Assembly: GCA_963840935.1 (NCBI GenBank)
Contig: CAWJAS010000001.1
Coordinates: forward strand, 128,875 to 192,874
DNA length: 64,000 nt
From: Candidatus Magasanikiibacteriota bacterium
GTDB lineage: Bacteria; Patescibacteriota; Patescibacteriia; Magasanikbacterales; GWA2-37-8
Direction of reading: 5' to 3'
The notes under the pieces are model-generated. The model was not told the DNA's origin. It saw only the letters and a list, made by a program, of their open reading frames with translations, and did not search any database. Made by a program: the position numbers and the translations under genes. Of the stretch, positions 30,034 to 39,836 are shown one piece after another (within the stretch, counting starts at the first letter, position 1; every line of letters begins with the position of its first letter).

Positions 30034-31620
30034 TTAATTTAGTTTTCCTCTTAGTAATTTTTCGGCCACGACGGGGTCGGCTGAGCCCTCGGACGCTCGC
30101 ATAATCATGCCCAGCAAGAATTTGATGATCGGTTCTTTGCCGGCTTTGAAATGTGCCACTTGTTCGGGGTAGCTTCTTATTACCTCATCAATTATTTTTT
30201 CAATGGCGCCTTCATCGCTTATTTGGCCATAACCTTTTTCTTCCATAATGTGGGTCGGGTCTTTGTCAACGCCAGAATCAAGCATTTCGGCAAGAATTTT
30301 TTGGGCATTAGTTGAATTGACTCGGCCGGTATAAATCAAAGCGACAAGTTCAGCAAAATTTTCCGGCTTTATTTTTAAAATTTTAATATCAATTTTTCGC
30401 TCAGCCATGGCGCCCATCAGTTTGGTGGTAATCCAACCGCCGGCAAGTTTGGCCAACTCTTTTTGTTTTTGGGTTGTGAGGTCTTCAGCCATTTTTTTTG
30501 ATTCCGGCAAACTTGCAAGCCACTCTAAAAGCTCGCTCATAACTTGCTCGGTATATTCGCTCCAGTTTGAATCAGAGGTCAGAATAAAAGCGTCGGCAAA
30601 AGAAAAACCATATTCATCGACAAATCTTTTTCGGCGTGCGGGCGGAAGTTCCGGCAAAGTAAACGGGTCTGATCCCGACGCAAGGTCGGGATGCCGATTT
30701 AACATCGGCATTTTTTCCGGTTCAAACGGAGGGATATCCGGTTCCGGAAAATATCGGTAATCGGCTGATGTTTCTTTTTCGCGCTGGAGATATGTTTCGC
30801 CTTTGGCATCGTTCCATCCGCGGGTTTGCTGTATCCAAGTTTCGCCTTTTTCAATCATGGCAATTTGACGGTCAATTTCATAATCAATCGCTTTTTCAAT
30901 TGCTTTAAATGAGTTTATATTTTTGAGCTCAACCTTTGGATTAAGCGTATAATCTTTTGATGCGGTTATTTGCCCTTTTTCAATTTTATATTTCCCTTCT
31001 TCCTGCATTGATATGTTGGCTTCACAACGCATGTGACCTTTTTCCATGTCAGCGTCAGCCACACTCAAATAGCGCAAAATTATTTGCAGTTCTTGGCAAT
31101 ATGCTTTTGCTTCAAGCGCTGTTTGGATGTCGGGGTCTGAGACTATCTCAACCAAAGGCACACCGGCGCGATTAAAATCAACCAAGGTCTCGCCTTTTTC
31201 TCCGTGCACTAATTTTGCCGTGTCTTCTTCCAAGTGCACCCGGGTAATGCCTATTTTGGCCGCTGCCCTGGGATTTTCGGAGACGCGCAAATCAAGTTCC
31301 AAAAAACCCTTTTCACCGATTGGCTCGTCGAACTGGGAGATTTGGTAACCCTTTGGCAGGTCGGGATAAAAATAATGTTTGCGGTCAAATTTACTTGTTT
31401 TATTAATCGAGCAACCAAGGGCTTTGGCAATTTTTACAGTATCAATAATTGCCTGTTTGTTTGGAACAGGCAAGGTGCCCGGATGAGCCAGGCAGATTTC
31501 ACAGATATTGGTATTGGGCGCTTCACGTTCGGGATTATTGGGGCATGAACAAAACATTTTGCTTTTTGTTTTGAGCTCTACATGAATTTCCATGCCTATT
31601 ATGGGGATAAGTTTTGGCAT
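30034..31620 (-). CDS. gatB: Asp/Glu-tRNA amidotransferase subunit B
   Basis: IGMEIHVEL, YPDLPKGYQISQ and DYRYFPEPD motifs. Confidence 0.97.
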   Translation of the reverse strand: MPKLIPIIGMEIHVELKTKSKMFCSCPNNPEREAPNTNICEICLAHPGTLPVPNKQAIIDTVKIAKALGCSINKTSKFDRKHYFYPDLPKGYQISQFDEPIGEKGFLELDLRVSENPRAAAKIGITRVHLEEDTAKLVHGEKGETLVDFNRAGVPLVEIVSDPDIQTALEAKAYCQELQIILRYLSVADADMEKGHMRCEANISMQEEGKYKIEKGQITASKDYTLNPKVELKNINSFKAIEKAIDYEIDRQIAMIEKGETWIQQTRGWNDAKGETYLQREKETSADYRYFPEPDIPPFEPEKMPMLNRHPDLASGSDPFTLPELPPARRKRFVDEYGFSFADAFILTSDSNWSEYTEQVMSELLEWLASLPESKKMAEDLTTQKQKELAKLAGGWITTKLMGAMAERKIDIKILKIKPENFAELVALIYTGRVNSTNAQKILAEMLDSGVDKDPTHIMEEKGYGQISDEGAIEKIIDEVIRSYPEQVAHFKAGKEPIIKFLLGMIMRASEGSADPVVAEKLLRGKLN

Positions 31621-31712
31621 AAATATTTATTATTTAATTTAATTTTAGCAAAATAGGACGGATTAAGCAAATTAAAAAACCGCCTCATATTTGAGACGGT
31701 TTTTTTAATGGT

Positions 31713-32471
31713 TTATTTATTTTTTTCTTTTGCAACAACCGGCGCCGGAGTTTCTTTTGCTTTAAAATAAAGAATAATAGTGGCCAAAGCGGTCAAAGGC
31801 GAAACAATCACGCTAAGAATGCTTGTAAGAATTCCATTAACAATATAAAAGGAAAGGCCGGAAAAAATCAAATCAATAATAAATGAAACGGTGTAGCTGA
31901 TAATCAAAAATATAACGCCGAAAAAAATACTGGGCGCAAAAATACGCCATAAAATAGACCACCATCTTCCGGTAACTAATTTTTTGCTCTCCATTAAAGC
32001 TTCCACACCGCGTTTTTCTTCGTAGATAATGACTAAATAAGTGAAGGAAAACCACACCATAAATATGATTCCGGGGATGATTAGCAATAATGTTCCGCCC
32101 ATTATTATCAACAATAAAAGCAAGAAAGTGTAAATGGTTGGCCAGATTAAGTGGGAAGTTAATGAAAAAGTATCTTTGTACGCGACAAACGGTTTTTTGT
32201 TGACAATATTGCCAAGATTTTTCGCCAGAGCCATAGTCGCCCAAAGAGTGAAAATAAGACAAACAGTCAGAATTGCCAGCACAATAAGATTATTGCTTAA
32301 AATAAAAAGTCCCGAAGTGGCGAAACGGTCGAGATAGAGCGAAATAATACCAGTTACACCCAAAATAAAATTTGGCAAAAACATAAAGAGCATGTATGGC
32401 CAAAGTTTTTTAAAATTTTTGGTATACATTTCCCAGCTGTTCAATATGATATCGCCGACTTTGATAAGCAT
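31713..32471 (-). CDS. Multi-pass membrane protein
   Basis: LLIIPGII..VWF, AL..SK.LV.GRWW pattern. Confidence 0.75.
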   Translation of the reverse strand: MLIKVGDIILNSWEMYTKNFKKLWPYMLFMFLPNFILGVTGIISLYLDRFATSGLFILSNNLIVLAILTVCLIFTLWATMALAKNLGNIVNKKPFVAYKDTFSLTSHLIWPTIYTFLLLLLIIMGGTLLLIIPGIIFMVWFSFTYLVIIYEEKRGVEALMESKKLVTGRWWSILWRIFAPSIFFGVIFLIISYTVSFIIDLIFSGLSFYIVNGILTSILSVIVSPLTALATIILYFKAKETPAPVVAKEKNK

Positions 32472-32480
32472 AAGTTTTGA

Positions 32481-33188
32481 TTAGTTGGATAAAATTCGCC
32501 GAAGTAAAATTACGGCTTGCTCCTTCATTATATCAATATTTACGTTTGTGGGCAATTGTTTGATGTTTGTGCCCCGGTCGATAAATAGATTTCTGTATTC
32601 GTCCGATTGATATTGTTGTTGTAATTTACGTAAAAAATCTAGGCGTTCAAAGATGGCATCATCCTTTTTGCTGTCGCGACCCCCAAGGCGAGTGATTGCT
32701 TCTTCGGCCGATAATTCCAAGAGGACCAAATAATCAGGTCGATATTCCATGGCTAGTTGATTGCCCGGCAGTTCAAGTAAGCGCAAAAAAGTAAGGTCTT
32801 CATCGTGTGTCGATTGATAAGCGAGTGAAGAACTAACTCCGCGGTCTTGAATAACACATTTGCCTTCCTTGAGCAGAGGGACAATAATTTTGTTATACAA
32901 AACTAAGCGATCCAAAGAAAATGCTTCGGCCACGGCAAGCGGAGGGTAACTGGTACCCTCGCGCACCAGCTCCTCGCGGATTACCTTGCCGACCCCGACG
33001 TAAGTCGGTTCACAAGAAAAAATAAATTCATACGAGCGCAATTCTTTGATATCCGGATATTCGCCTTTTTCCTGCCAGTATTTTTTTAAATCAAAAATCG
33101 CGTTTCCTTCGTCGGTAATGAATTCTTTCCAAGTATTTAAGATTGTGCTTTTTCCGGAGCCGTCTATGCCATCAAGCATTATGAACAT
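32481..33188 (-). CDS. tmk: Thymidylate kinase
   Basis: DGIDGSGKST and DR...SSLAYQ motifs. Confidence 0.9.
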   Translation of the reverse strand: MFIMLDGIDGSGKSTILNTWKEFITDEGNAIFDLKKYWQEKGEYPDIKELRSYEFIFSCEPTYVGVGKVIREELVREGTSYPPLAVAEAFSLDRLVLYNKIIVPLLKEGKCVIQDRGVSSSLAYQSTHDEDLTFLRLLELPGNQLAMEYRPDYLVLLELSAEEAITRLGGRDSKKDDAIFERLDFLRKLQQQYQSDEYRNLFIDRGTNIKQLPTNVNIDIMKEQAVILLRRILSN

Positions 33189-33217
33189 AATATTAAAATG
33201 TTAAAAAAGTAATGTGG

Positions 33218-33727
33218 TTATTTGATAACTTTGTATCTCACGTGTAAAACATTGTCGGCGATTTTTTCAACGTTTAATAATTCCAAATTGAGATTCACGC
33301 TAGCGGTGTTGAATAATGATAGACCTTCGCCAAAAATTTTTGGTTCAATGGTTAACCATATTTCATCAATCAAATTATCTTTGAGAAACGAACCATTAAC
33401 CGTGGCTCCGCCTCCGAGTATTATTGTTTCAAAACCGCGTTGTTTGAGGCCGGCTATAATTTCTTTTGGTTCGGCCTTGATAAATTCCAAACTGCCGGGA
33501 ATATTTTCGCGTTTTTCCGGTTCAAGCGACAAAATTAAATTCAGTCGGCCGGGCAGGGGACGACCGATGGTATTGTATGTGGTTTCGCCCATCACAATTA
33601 CACCGGCTTTTTTTGTTTCGGCGACAAATATTTTTTTGTCTGCTTTGCTTGTCCAGTCGGCCAGTTCGGTTGTGTGTTTGGCGATTTTACCATCAAGGGT
33701 AATAGCCATTAATAAGACAACTTTCAT
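33218..33727 (-). CDS. folA: Dihydrofolate reductase family protein
   Basis: VMGETTY..IGRPLPGR; directly downstream of thyA. Confidence 0.8.
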   Translation of the reverse strand: MKVVLLMAITLDGKIAKHTTELADWTSKADKKIFVAETKKAGVIVMGETTYNTIGRPLPGRLNLILSLEPEKRENIPGSLEFIKAEPKEIIAGLKQRGFETIILGGGATVNGSFLKDNLIDEIWLTIEPKIFGEGLSLFNTASVNLNLELLNVEKIADNVLHVRYKVIK

Positions 33728-34596
33728 ACGGCAATGGGAAATTCAATTTTTGGATAGCTTTCATAATCGGTCAGTTTTGTCTCTTCGGCTTTCCAATCAA
33801 AAATAGAAGTAAAATTTTCTGAAATAATTTGTGGTAATCGGTAAGTGTTTGGGTCGCGCGAGAGTTGTTCTTTGGCGCCGTCCAAATGATTAACATAAAT
33901 ATGAGTGTCTGCCAAAAATCCGACCAGTTTTCCTTCTTTGAGACCTGATTCTTTGGCAAGCAAATGCAAAAGCAAAGCGTATGAAGCGATATTAAACGGC
34001 AGACCAAGCATGGTGTCAACCGAACGCTGGTTCCAAAGTAGGTTAAGTTTGCCGTTGATTACCGTCACTTGAAAAGCGTAGTGGCATGGCGGTAGGGCCA
34101 TGTCGGGAATGGCGATCGGGTTCCAGGCAGACACTATCATACGACGGTCGCTTGGATTTGATTTTAATTTTTCAACAACTTGTTTTAGCTGGTCAATACC
34201 TTTATTTGCATAGTCGGTTTCATATGAATCATACTCAGCGTTAAAATGGCGCCACTGGAATCCATAAATCGGGCCCAAGTCGCGTTCGGCCGCCATTTTT
34301 GTTTTTGTTTCTTCGTCGTGTCCATAAGGCACTTTTTTTGGGCTGGCCCATTCATCCCAGATATGACATTTTCTTTCTTTGAGCCATTCTTTGTCAGTCA
34401 GTCCTTTAATAAAGAATTCCAATTCATTAGCCATTACTTTAAAAGGCATTTTTTTTGTGGTCAATAGAGGAAAACCGTTGGACATATCGTGTTCAAACAT
34501 GGCGCCAGCAATAGAAATTGCATCAACACCAGTGCGGTTTTCTTTGCGTTCGCCGGTGTCAATTATTTTTTTGACAATATCAAGGTATGTTTTCAT
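33724..34596 (-). CDS. thyA: Thymidylate synthase
   Basis: MALPPCH and QRSVD..LGLPFN motifs. Confidence 0.98.
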   Translation of the reverse strand: MKTYLDIVKKIIDTGERKENRTGVDAISIAGAMFEHDMSNGFPLLTTKKMPFKVMANELEFFIKGLTDKEWLKERKCHIWDEWASPKKVPYGHDEETKTKMAAERDLGPIYGFQWRHFNAEYDSYETDYANKGIDQLKQVVEKLKSNPSDRRMIVSAWNPIAIPDMALPPCHYAFQVTVINGKLNLLWNQRSVDTMLGLPFNIASYALLLHLLAKESGLKEGKLVGFLADTHIYVNHLDGAKEQLSRDPNTYRLPQIISENFTSIFDWKAEETKLTDYESYPKIEFPIAV

Positions 34597-34598
34597 AA

Positions 34599-34895
34599 TT
34601 AATTCATATTTTCAATTTGTTGTTTTTTATTTTTTATTTCTTCTTCCCAGCGCGCTCTGTCTGCGGCAATTTGTTCCGGTGATAATATTACTGCGTGTCC
34701 TTTTTTTATTTTCTCGGCTATTTTTGCGGCTTGTTTAGCTTCTTGCTCTGTTTGCTCAGCATCTCGTACAGCTTTTTCAGCGTTAAATTTAGCAACAGCC
34801 GCACGGGATTCCGGAGTATCTGGCACCTTCATGCCAATCGGTAATCTTTTACGCGGATTAAAATATTGTTGTGGTTGTGGTGTCTCGAATGACAT
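34599..34895 (-). CDS. Hypothetical protein
   Basis: 98-aa ORF inside the dTTP cluster. Confidence 0.6.
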   Translation of the reverse strand: MSFETPQPQQYFNPRKRLPIGMKVPDTPESRAAVAKFNAEKAVRDAEQTEQEAKQAAKIAEKIKKGHAVILSPEQIAADRARWEEEIKNKKQQIENMN

Positions 34896-34960
34896 AAAAT
34901 TTATAATTAATTTTTTATTATTTTAGCGTCCGGTAACGCTGAGCGTTCCTATCAGGACGC

Positions 34961-35383
34961 TTAGCGTCCGGTACTGCCAAATCTGCCTTCACCGCGCGCG
35001 CTTTCGGATAATTCGTTTACTTCTTCAAGTTCGGCAATAACAATAGGGTAAATTATTAATTGGGCGAGTTTATCTCCCTTTTTTATTTCATATGGCTCTT
35101 GCCCTAGATTAATTAACTGAACATTATATTCACCGCGGTAACCGGCGTCATAAACTCCACCCAAAGTGTGGAGTCCGCCGTTTTTTGGCAAACTGCCCTT
35201 GTCTTTTACAATTACGGCAAAACCCGGCTCAAATTCGGTGGCAAAACCCAAATTAAAAACTTTTCTTTCCCCAGGTTGCAAAACATAATTTTCAATGGAA
35301 TATAAATCCATTCCCACATCGCCCGGGTGCGCGTAGGTCGGCAAAATTGCGTCGGGATTTATTTTTTTAATTTTTATCTGCAT
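34961..35383 (-). CDS. dut: dUTPase
   Basis: DAGYRGE and RGEGRFGSTG motifs. Confidence 0.95.
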   Translation of the reverse strand: MQIKIKKINPDAILPTYAHPGDVGMDLYSIENYVLQPGERKVFNLGFATEFEPGFAVIVKDKGSLPKNGGLHTLGGVYDAGYRGEYNVQLINLGQEPYEIKKGDKLAQLIIYPIVIAELEEVNELSESARGEGRFGSTGR

Positions 35384-35933
35384 ATTTTTCAATCAAGGCG
35401 TCAATTTGCGCGTATAATTCTTCAAATGTTCCATTGTTATCAATTTTTTCTTTGGCAAAAGGTAAAACATCATTGATAGTAACCTCGGTTGAACGTTTAT
35501 GGTCAGCCAAAAATTCTTCAAAAGTTTTTGTGGCGTCGTCTGTTTTTTCTTTTCTTTCAACTAGTCGTTCGTATCTGATTTTTGGTTCGGCGAATATTTC
35601 CACCAAAACAAAATTTTTCAGATCTTTTAATTTTTCAATGTCACCAAGCCGACGGATTCCGTCAATGACAATCAGATTATTTTGGTTATTAACCGCGTCG
35701 CTGGCTATTGTCTCGGCCAAAATGTTATCGCCAAAAGCGCCACGAACAGCTTCTGACATTTTGATTAAATTATCACGGTTTTTTGGCAAATATAAACGCG
35801 TGCAAATATCACCCAAAATTGAAGAAAATCTATATGAACCGGCTTTATATTTGGCATTGAGATAAGCGGCCGATGTGCCCTTGCCACTAGCAAGTAGTCC
35901 AACAAAACCAAAAATTATTTTATTGGTTATCAT
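35367..35933 (-). CDS. P-loop nucleotide kinase-like protein
   Basis: GLLASGKGT and VIDGIR motifs. Confidence 0.8.
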   Translation of the reverse strand: MITNKIIFGFVGLLASGKGTSAAYLNAKYKAGSYRFSSILGDICTRLYLPKNRDNLIKMSEAVRGAFGDNILAETIASDAVNNQNNLIVIDGIRRLGDIEKLKDLKNFVLVEIFAEPKIRYERLVERKEKTDDATKTFEEFLADHKRSTEVTINDVLPFAKEKIDNNGTFEELYAQIDALIEKYADKN

Positions 35934-36411
35934 ATTTTTCTATCGATTCATCAAAATATTCAATGACGACCCCTGCTTCACGGAATAAACTTTCGGATTC
36001 TTCAGCCACGTGATATCGTTTTTCACAGACCACCCGTTCAATGCCGGCGTTTATAATCATTTTGGCACATGCGGAACATGGCGTCATTTTGCAATAAAGC
36101 GTGGCGCCGTCAATTGCTACGCCGATTTTCGCGGCTTGCACAATGGCATTTTGTTCAGCGTGACAGGTTCGCATACAATGATGAGTGGTGTGTCCATCTT
36201 CATGTGTGACACTTTTCATCAAATGACCGACTTCGTCGCAATGTGCTATTCCTTTGGGCGAGCCAACATAGCCGGTAACAAGGATTTGTTTGTCGCGGGC
36301 GATAACACAACCGCTTCGACCTCTGTCACAGGTCGCTCTTTTGGCCACGGCACGACAGATTTCCATAAAGTATTCATCCCAACTTGGGCGGATATATTTT
36401 GCTTCTTCCAT
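35920..36411 (-). CDS. dCMP deaminase
   Basis: RPSWDEYFM, HAEQNA and PCSAC motifs. Confidence 0.93.
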   Translation of the reverse strand: MEEAKYIRPSWDEYFMEICRAVAKRATCDRGRSGCVIARDKQILVTGYVGSPKGIAHCDEVGHLMKSVTHEDGHTTHHCMRTCHAEQNAIVQAAKIGVAIDGATLYCKMTPCSACAKMIINAGIERVVCEKRYHVAEESESLFREAGVVIEYFDESIEKYDNQ

Positions 36412-36413
36412 AA

Positions 36414-36809
36414 TTATTGTTTTTTATCATTTATATTAGACAATTGGATATCAGTAAACTGTTCAAGCATTTCAAAGGCCTTTTGCCATCCTTTTTCTTT
36501 TGCTGTTCTGGGTATTATGCCATAAATCCAGCGAGCAAACATTTCATCGGCGGAAAATTCCACTTGCACATTGCGGGATGGTTTTGTTATGTGATTAACG
36601 GCGTTTACCAGCTTAGTGTCCGGTTCTGGCAGAACGACTTCGTGCCCCATAGAGAGTTCTTTCAAATAATCATTCAATCTGATTATTTCGCCTATTTTTT
36701 TATAATCAAATTTATTAGCCATTAGAATATCAACTTTTTGCATTACTTTTTCCCACAGAACGTCGCTTTCTTTGGGCGGTTTTAGATTTTCAGGGTAGTG
36801 TTTTTCCAT
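36414..36809 (-). CDS. Hypothetical protein
   Basis: 131-aa ORF at the head of the cluster. Confidence 0.6.
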   Translation of the reverse strand: MEKHYPENLKPPKESDVLWEKVMQKVDILMANKFDYKKIGEIIRLNDYLKELSMGHEVVLPEPDTKLVNAVNHITKPSRNVQVEFSADEMFARWIYGIIPRTAKEKGWQKAFEMLEQFTDIQLSNINDKKQ

Positions 36810-36876
36810 ATTTTTTACATTATGGTTTTGTTTAATGTTATCAATTTAAACAATATGTGGCAAGCGTTGTTTTGGC

Positions 36877-36959
36877 TTGACAAAATAACCGCTTTTTGGT
36901 ATAAATTAACAACATTTATTCAGGTGGGACCCCGATCAAGCATCGGGGGCTATTACCAC
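36877..36959 (+). promoter_or_regulatory. rplA promoter and putative L1-binding leader
   Basis: TTGACA-17 bp-TATAAA; gtggga-ccccgat...atcgggg-gctattaccac. Confidence 0.7.
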
Positions 36960-36972
36960 TTAATCTATTTAT

Positions 36973-37650
36973 ATGTCCAAAAGAATGACGGCGCTACGCG
37001 CCAAGATAGACGCCAATCGCGTTTATACCGTTGACGAGGCCTTTGCTTTGCTCACGGAAACTTCATCGGTTAAGTTTGACGCCTCAGTAGAGGTGCACGC
37101 CAATTTGGGTATTGACCCCAAAAAAGGCGACCAGCAAGTTAGAGCAACGATTTTAATGCCGAATGGAACAGGTAAAGTATTGAAAGTCGCCGCGTTTGTG
37201 TCACCGGAAAAAGAAAAAGAAGCAAAAGAGGCCGGAGCGGATTTTGTTTATGGTGAAGAAGAGATTAAAAAAATTAAAGACACCGGCAAGATTGAATTTG
37301 ATATTGCCGTGACCACACCAGACATGATGCCAAAGCTTGCCGCGGTGGCAAAAGTGCTTGGCCCAAAAGGATTGATGCCGAATGCAAAAACAGAAACGGT
37401 TAGCCCGAATGTGAAAAAAATGATTGAGGATTTGAAAAAAGGCAAGGCCTCTTTCAAAAATGATGATACCGGCAATATTCATATTGCCATCGGCAAAGTC
37501 AGCTTTGGAACGGAGAAATTAAAAGAAAATTATTTGGCGTTTGTTGAAATGTTGAACCAGATTAAACCGGCCGGACAAAAAGGAACATACATCAAATCGC
37601 TTCATATCTGCGCCAGCATGGGACCTTCCATCAAAATCGCAGAAAAATAA
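36973..37650 (+). CDS. rplA: 50S ribosomal protein L1
   Basis: KFDASVEVH.NLGIDP and LGPKGLMPN motifs. Confidence 0.98.
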   Translation: MSKRMTALRAKIDANRVYTVDEAFALLTETSSVKFDASVEVHANLGIDPKKGDQQVRATILMPNGTGKVLKVAAFVSPEKEKEAKEAGADFVYGEEEIKKIKDTGKIEFDIAVTTPDMMPKLAAVAKVLGPKGLMPNAKTETVSPNVKKMIEDLKKGKASFKNDDTGNIHIAIGKVSFGTEKLKENYLAFVEMLNQIKPAGQKGTYIKSLHICASMGPSIKIAEK

Positions 37651-37949
37651 TCAGACAAAAAATAAATTAAAAAATCCGGGTTTACGCTCGGATTTTTTTG
37701 TATGTTTTAAGAATGTTATCGCCGGTGTTCTAATCTTCGCATAGAGCCTGCTCTCGACCGAAGTCTGGTACACGTTCCGGAAGCTCGGCTTGCTCGCCGA
37801 CCCAGCCGTCCAGATCCGTGCGGTCTAGCCACCGAGTTAAGGCCTTCACCCTGTTCCTTCATGGGCAACCCCCGACAAGACTAGTCTCTTCCGGGGGTTG
37901 AATTTTTTCAATTTAATTATTCGAAATACAATGTTATAATTATATATAT

Positions 37950-38405
37950 ATGAATATGCAATTACGAAAAAAAACTGATAAAAATGTCCTTACTGTTCTT
38001 GGTGTCCTCAATGATGAAATTCATGGTGATGCGCGATCTGCCATGAACAAGTTGACCAAAGATTACACAATGACTTGGATATATCGCCATCCAAAAAACG
38101 GAAAACTTTTTCCTCGTACAAAAAAAGATATAAAGGCCGGCCTTAAAAAAGTCTACCCAACCAAAGGGAGGCATTATGATATAAAAAATATCGCCACGGG
38201 GAATAACGTTGTTATAGTGGAATTGGTGGAGAGCTACCCCGATCCAAAAACCAAAAAAGTGTACCGAACGCCGTTAGTTTTGGTGCTTGAGATGAAAAAA
38301 GGAAAAATTCAAACGGGTCGCCATTATTGTGACCCGAATTTGTCGTATCTTCATTTAACAAAAAAACAAGTGGCGAATGCTTACGTCAAAACAAGAAAAG
38401 TGTGA
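37950..38405 (+). CDS. SnoaL/NTF2-like protein
   Basis: LVLEMKKGKIQTGRHYCD pattern. Confidence 0.7.
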   Translation: MNMQLRKKTDKNVLTVLGVLNDEIHGDARSAMNKLTKDYTMTWIYRHPKNGKLFPRTKKDIKAGLKKVYPTKGRHYDIKNIATGNNVVIVELVESYPDPKTKKVYRTPLVLVLEMKKGKIQTGRHYCDPNLSYLHLTKKQVANAYVKTRKV

Positions 38406-38576
38406 GTGTTTTGAGTAATTTTAAATATTTTATATAAAAATTCTCGGCTTCGGGCTGCGAGCTTTTTGTTTTGAAAGTGCCACCACAGTATTTAATCGCG
38501 AAATTCTTAACAAATATTAAAGAGGCGTCGGGTGACGCCTCTTTGGGATGGAATGATCTGGGATGAAAAGAGCGGG

Positions 38577-39662
38577 CTACTCGCCGTTCGCGGCGATGGC
38601 GGCTTCGACCTCCTCGGCCGAAACCACCGACTCCTGGCGACCGACGAGGCGGCGCGTGCGCTTGCCGCTATTCACGTGGTCGAGGAGCAGGGTGTAGAGG
38701 ATCTTGTGCGCCGTACCGCCCGCGCTGGCCAGGTTGCGTACCTGCGGGTCGTTGATCGGGAATTGGGCGATCTTGCGCGCCAGATCCCTTTCGATGTAGA
38801 GGCGCTTGTCCCGCCAGAAGGTGGTGTGGCGCGAGAGCAGGAGCGCCAGGCACATCAGGAAGGTGAGGCGCAGGTGCGTCGCGCCCTCTTTGAAGGTGAC
38901 GACCCTGATGCCCCAGGCCTTGTCGACCAGGTCGAAGAAGGTCCTGATGTTCTCGCGCAGGATGTTGCGCCCGACGCGGTTGTGGATCACTTCGATGCCA
39001 CGACCGAGTTCCCGCCAGCCGTTGCTGAGACCGGGACCGACATGCGAGTGCAGGGCGCCGATGACCTTGGCGAAGGACACGGCGCTGATCAGCTGCTCGC
39101 GCGTCTGGCGCTGGCACCAGGATACGCGGTTGACGAGCACGAAGTCCGGGTCGAAGAGCGTCAGGTTGTAGATCGTCTCGATGGCTGGGATGTCCGCCCG
39201 CATGTTGCGCAGGAGGATGTTCGAGTTGACCTTGGTCCGGTCGGCGTTGAGGATGCGGAAGCGCTCGCGCTCCCACTCCTCGTTGGAGTTGAAGTGCACC
39301 GTGGCTCCGAGCCGGGGTTTGGCGTCCTCGTAGCGGCGCATCATCTCGCGGGCCGCGGTTACCCGTTGGAGCCCGTCGATGATGTAGACGTCGTTCGGCA
39401 GGACGAAGACGCCCGGCTCGCGCTCGCGGAAGTTCCCTCCCCGGGCCCCGAGATCGATGTCGGGAATGGGGTCGCCCTTGACCATCGCGTCGATAATCTC
39501 GTTGATGGTCTGAATGGGGAGAACCTCGCGCTGGTACTCGGCCTGCTTGAACAGACCGAAGGAGTCCGGATCGATCACCCCGCGTAGGATGATCGTGCCT
39601 CCGGACACCTCGTCCAGTGCTCCGTGGTACAGCTTCACACAGTCCCTGTCCTTGTTGCCCAT
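38577..39662 (-). CDS. GC-rich ParB/Srx-like (DGQHR-type) protein
   Basis: YQRE and YIIDGLQR motifs; SD aaggag; TTGACA at 39764. Confidence 0.7.
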   Translation of the reverse strand: MGNKDRDCVKLYHGALDEVSGGTIILRGVIDPDSFGLFKQAEYQREVLPIQTINEIIDAMVKGDPIPDIDLGARGGNFREREPGVFVLPNDVYIIDGLQRVTAAREMMRRYEDAKPRLGATVHFNSNEEWERERFRILNADRTKVNSNILLRNMRADIPAIETIYNLTLFDPDFVLVNRVSWCQRQTREQLISAVSFAKVIGALHSHVGPGLSNGWRELGRGIEVIHNRVGRNILRENIRTFFDLVDKAWGIRVVTFKEGATHLRLTFLMCLALLLSRHTTFWRDKRLYIERDLARKIAQFPINDPQVRNLASAGGTAHKILYTLLLDHVNSGKRTRRLVGRQESVVSAEEVEAAIAANGE

Positions 39663-39836
39663 GTTGGGCTCCTTTCTTGTGCGGGGTATGGCTCCCGAAG
39701 GATAGCTACCCGCACATGTTGTAAGAAACGCGTTCAAAGTAACACATTTTGCGCTTTTTGTCAAGACACCAGGAGCCGACGTCGGTTTGTATAAAAAGAG
39801 GCGCCACGAGGCGCCTTTACGTATTTTTAATGATTT

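Noticed and set aside
38532-39587. 351-aa plus-strand ORF
   Set aside because: Antisense shadow of the GC-rich minus-strand gene, which has the promoter, SD and motifs.
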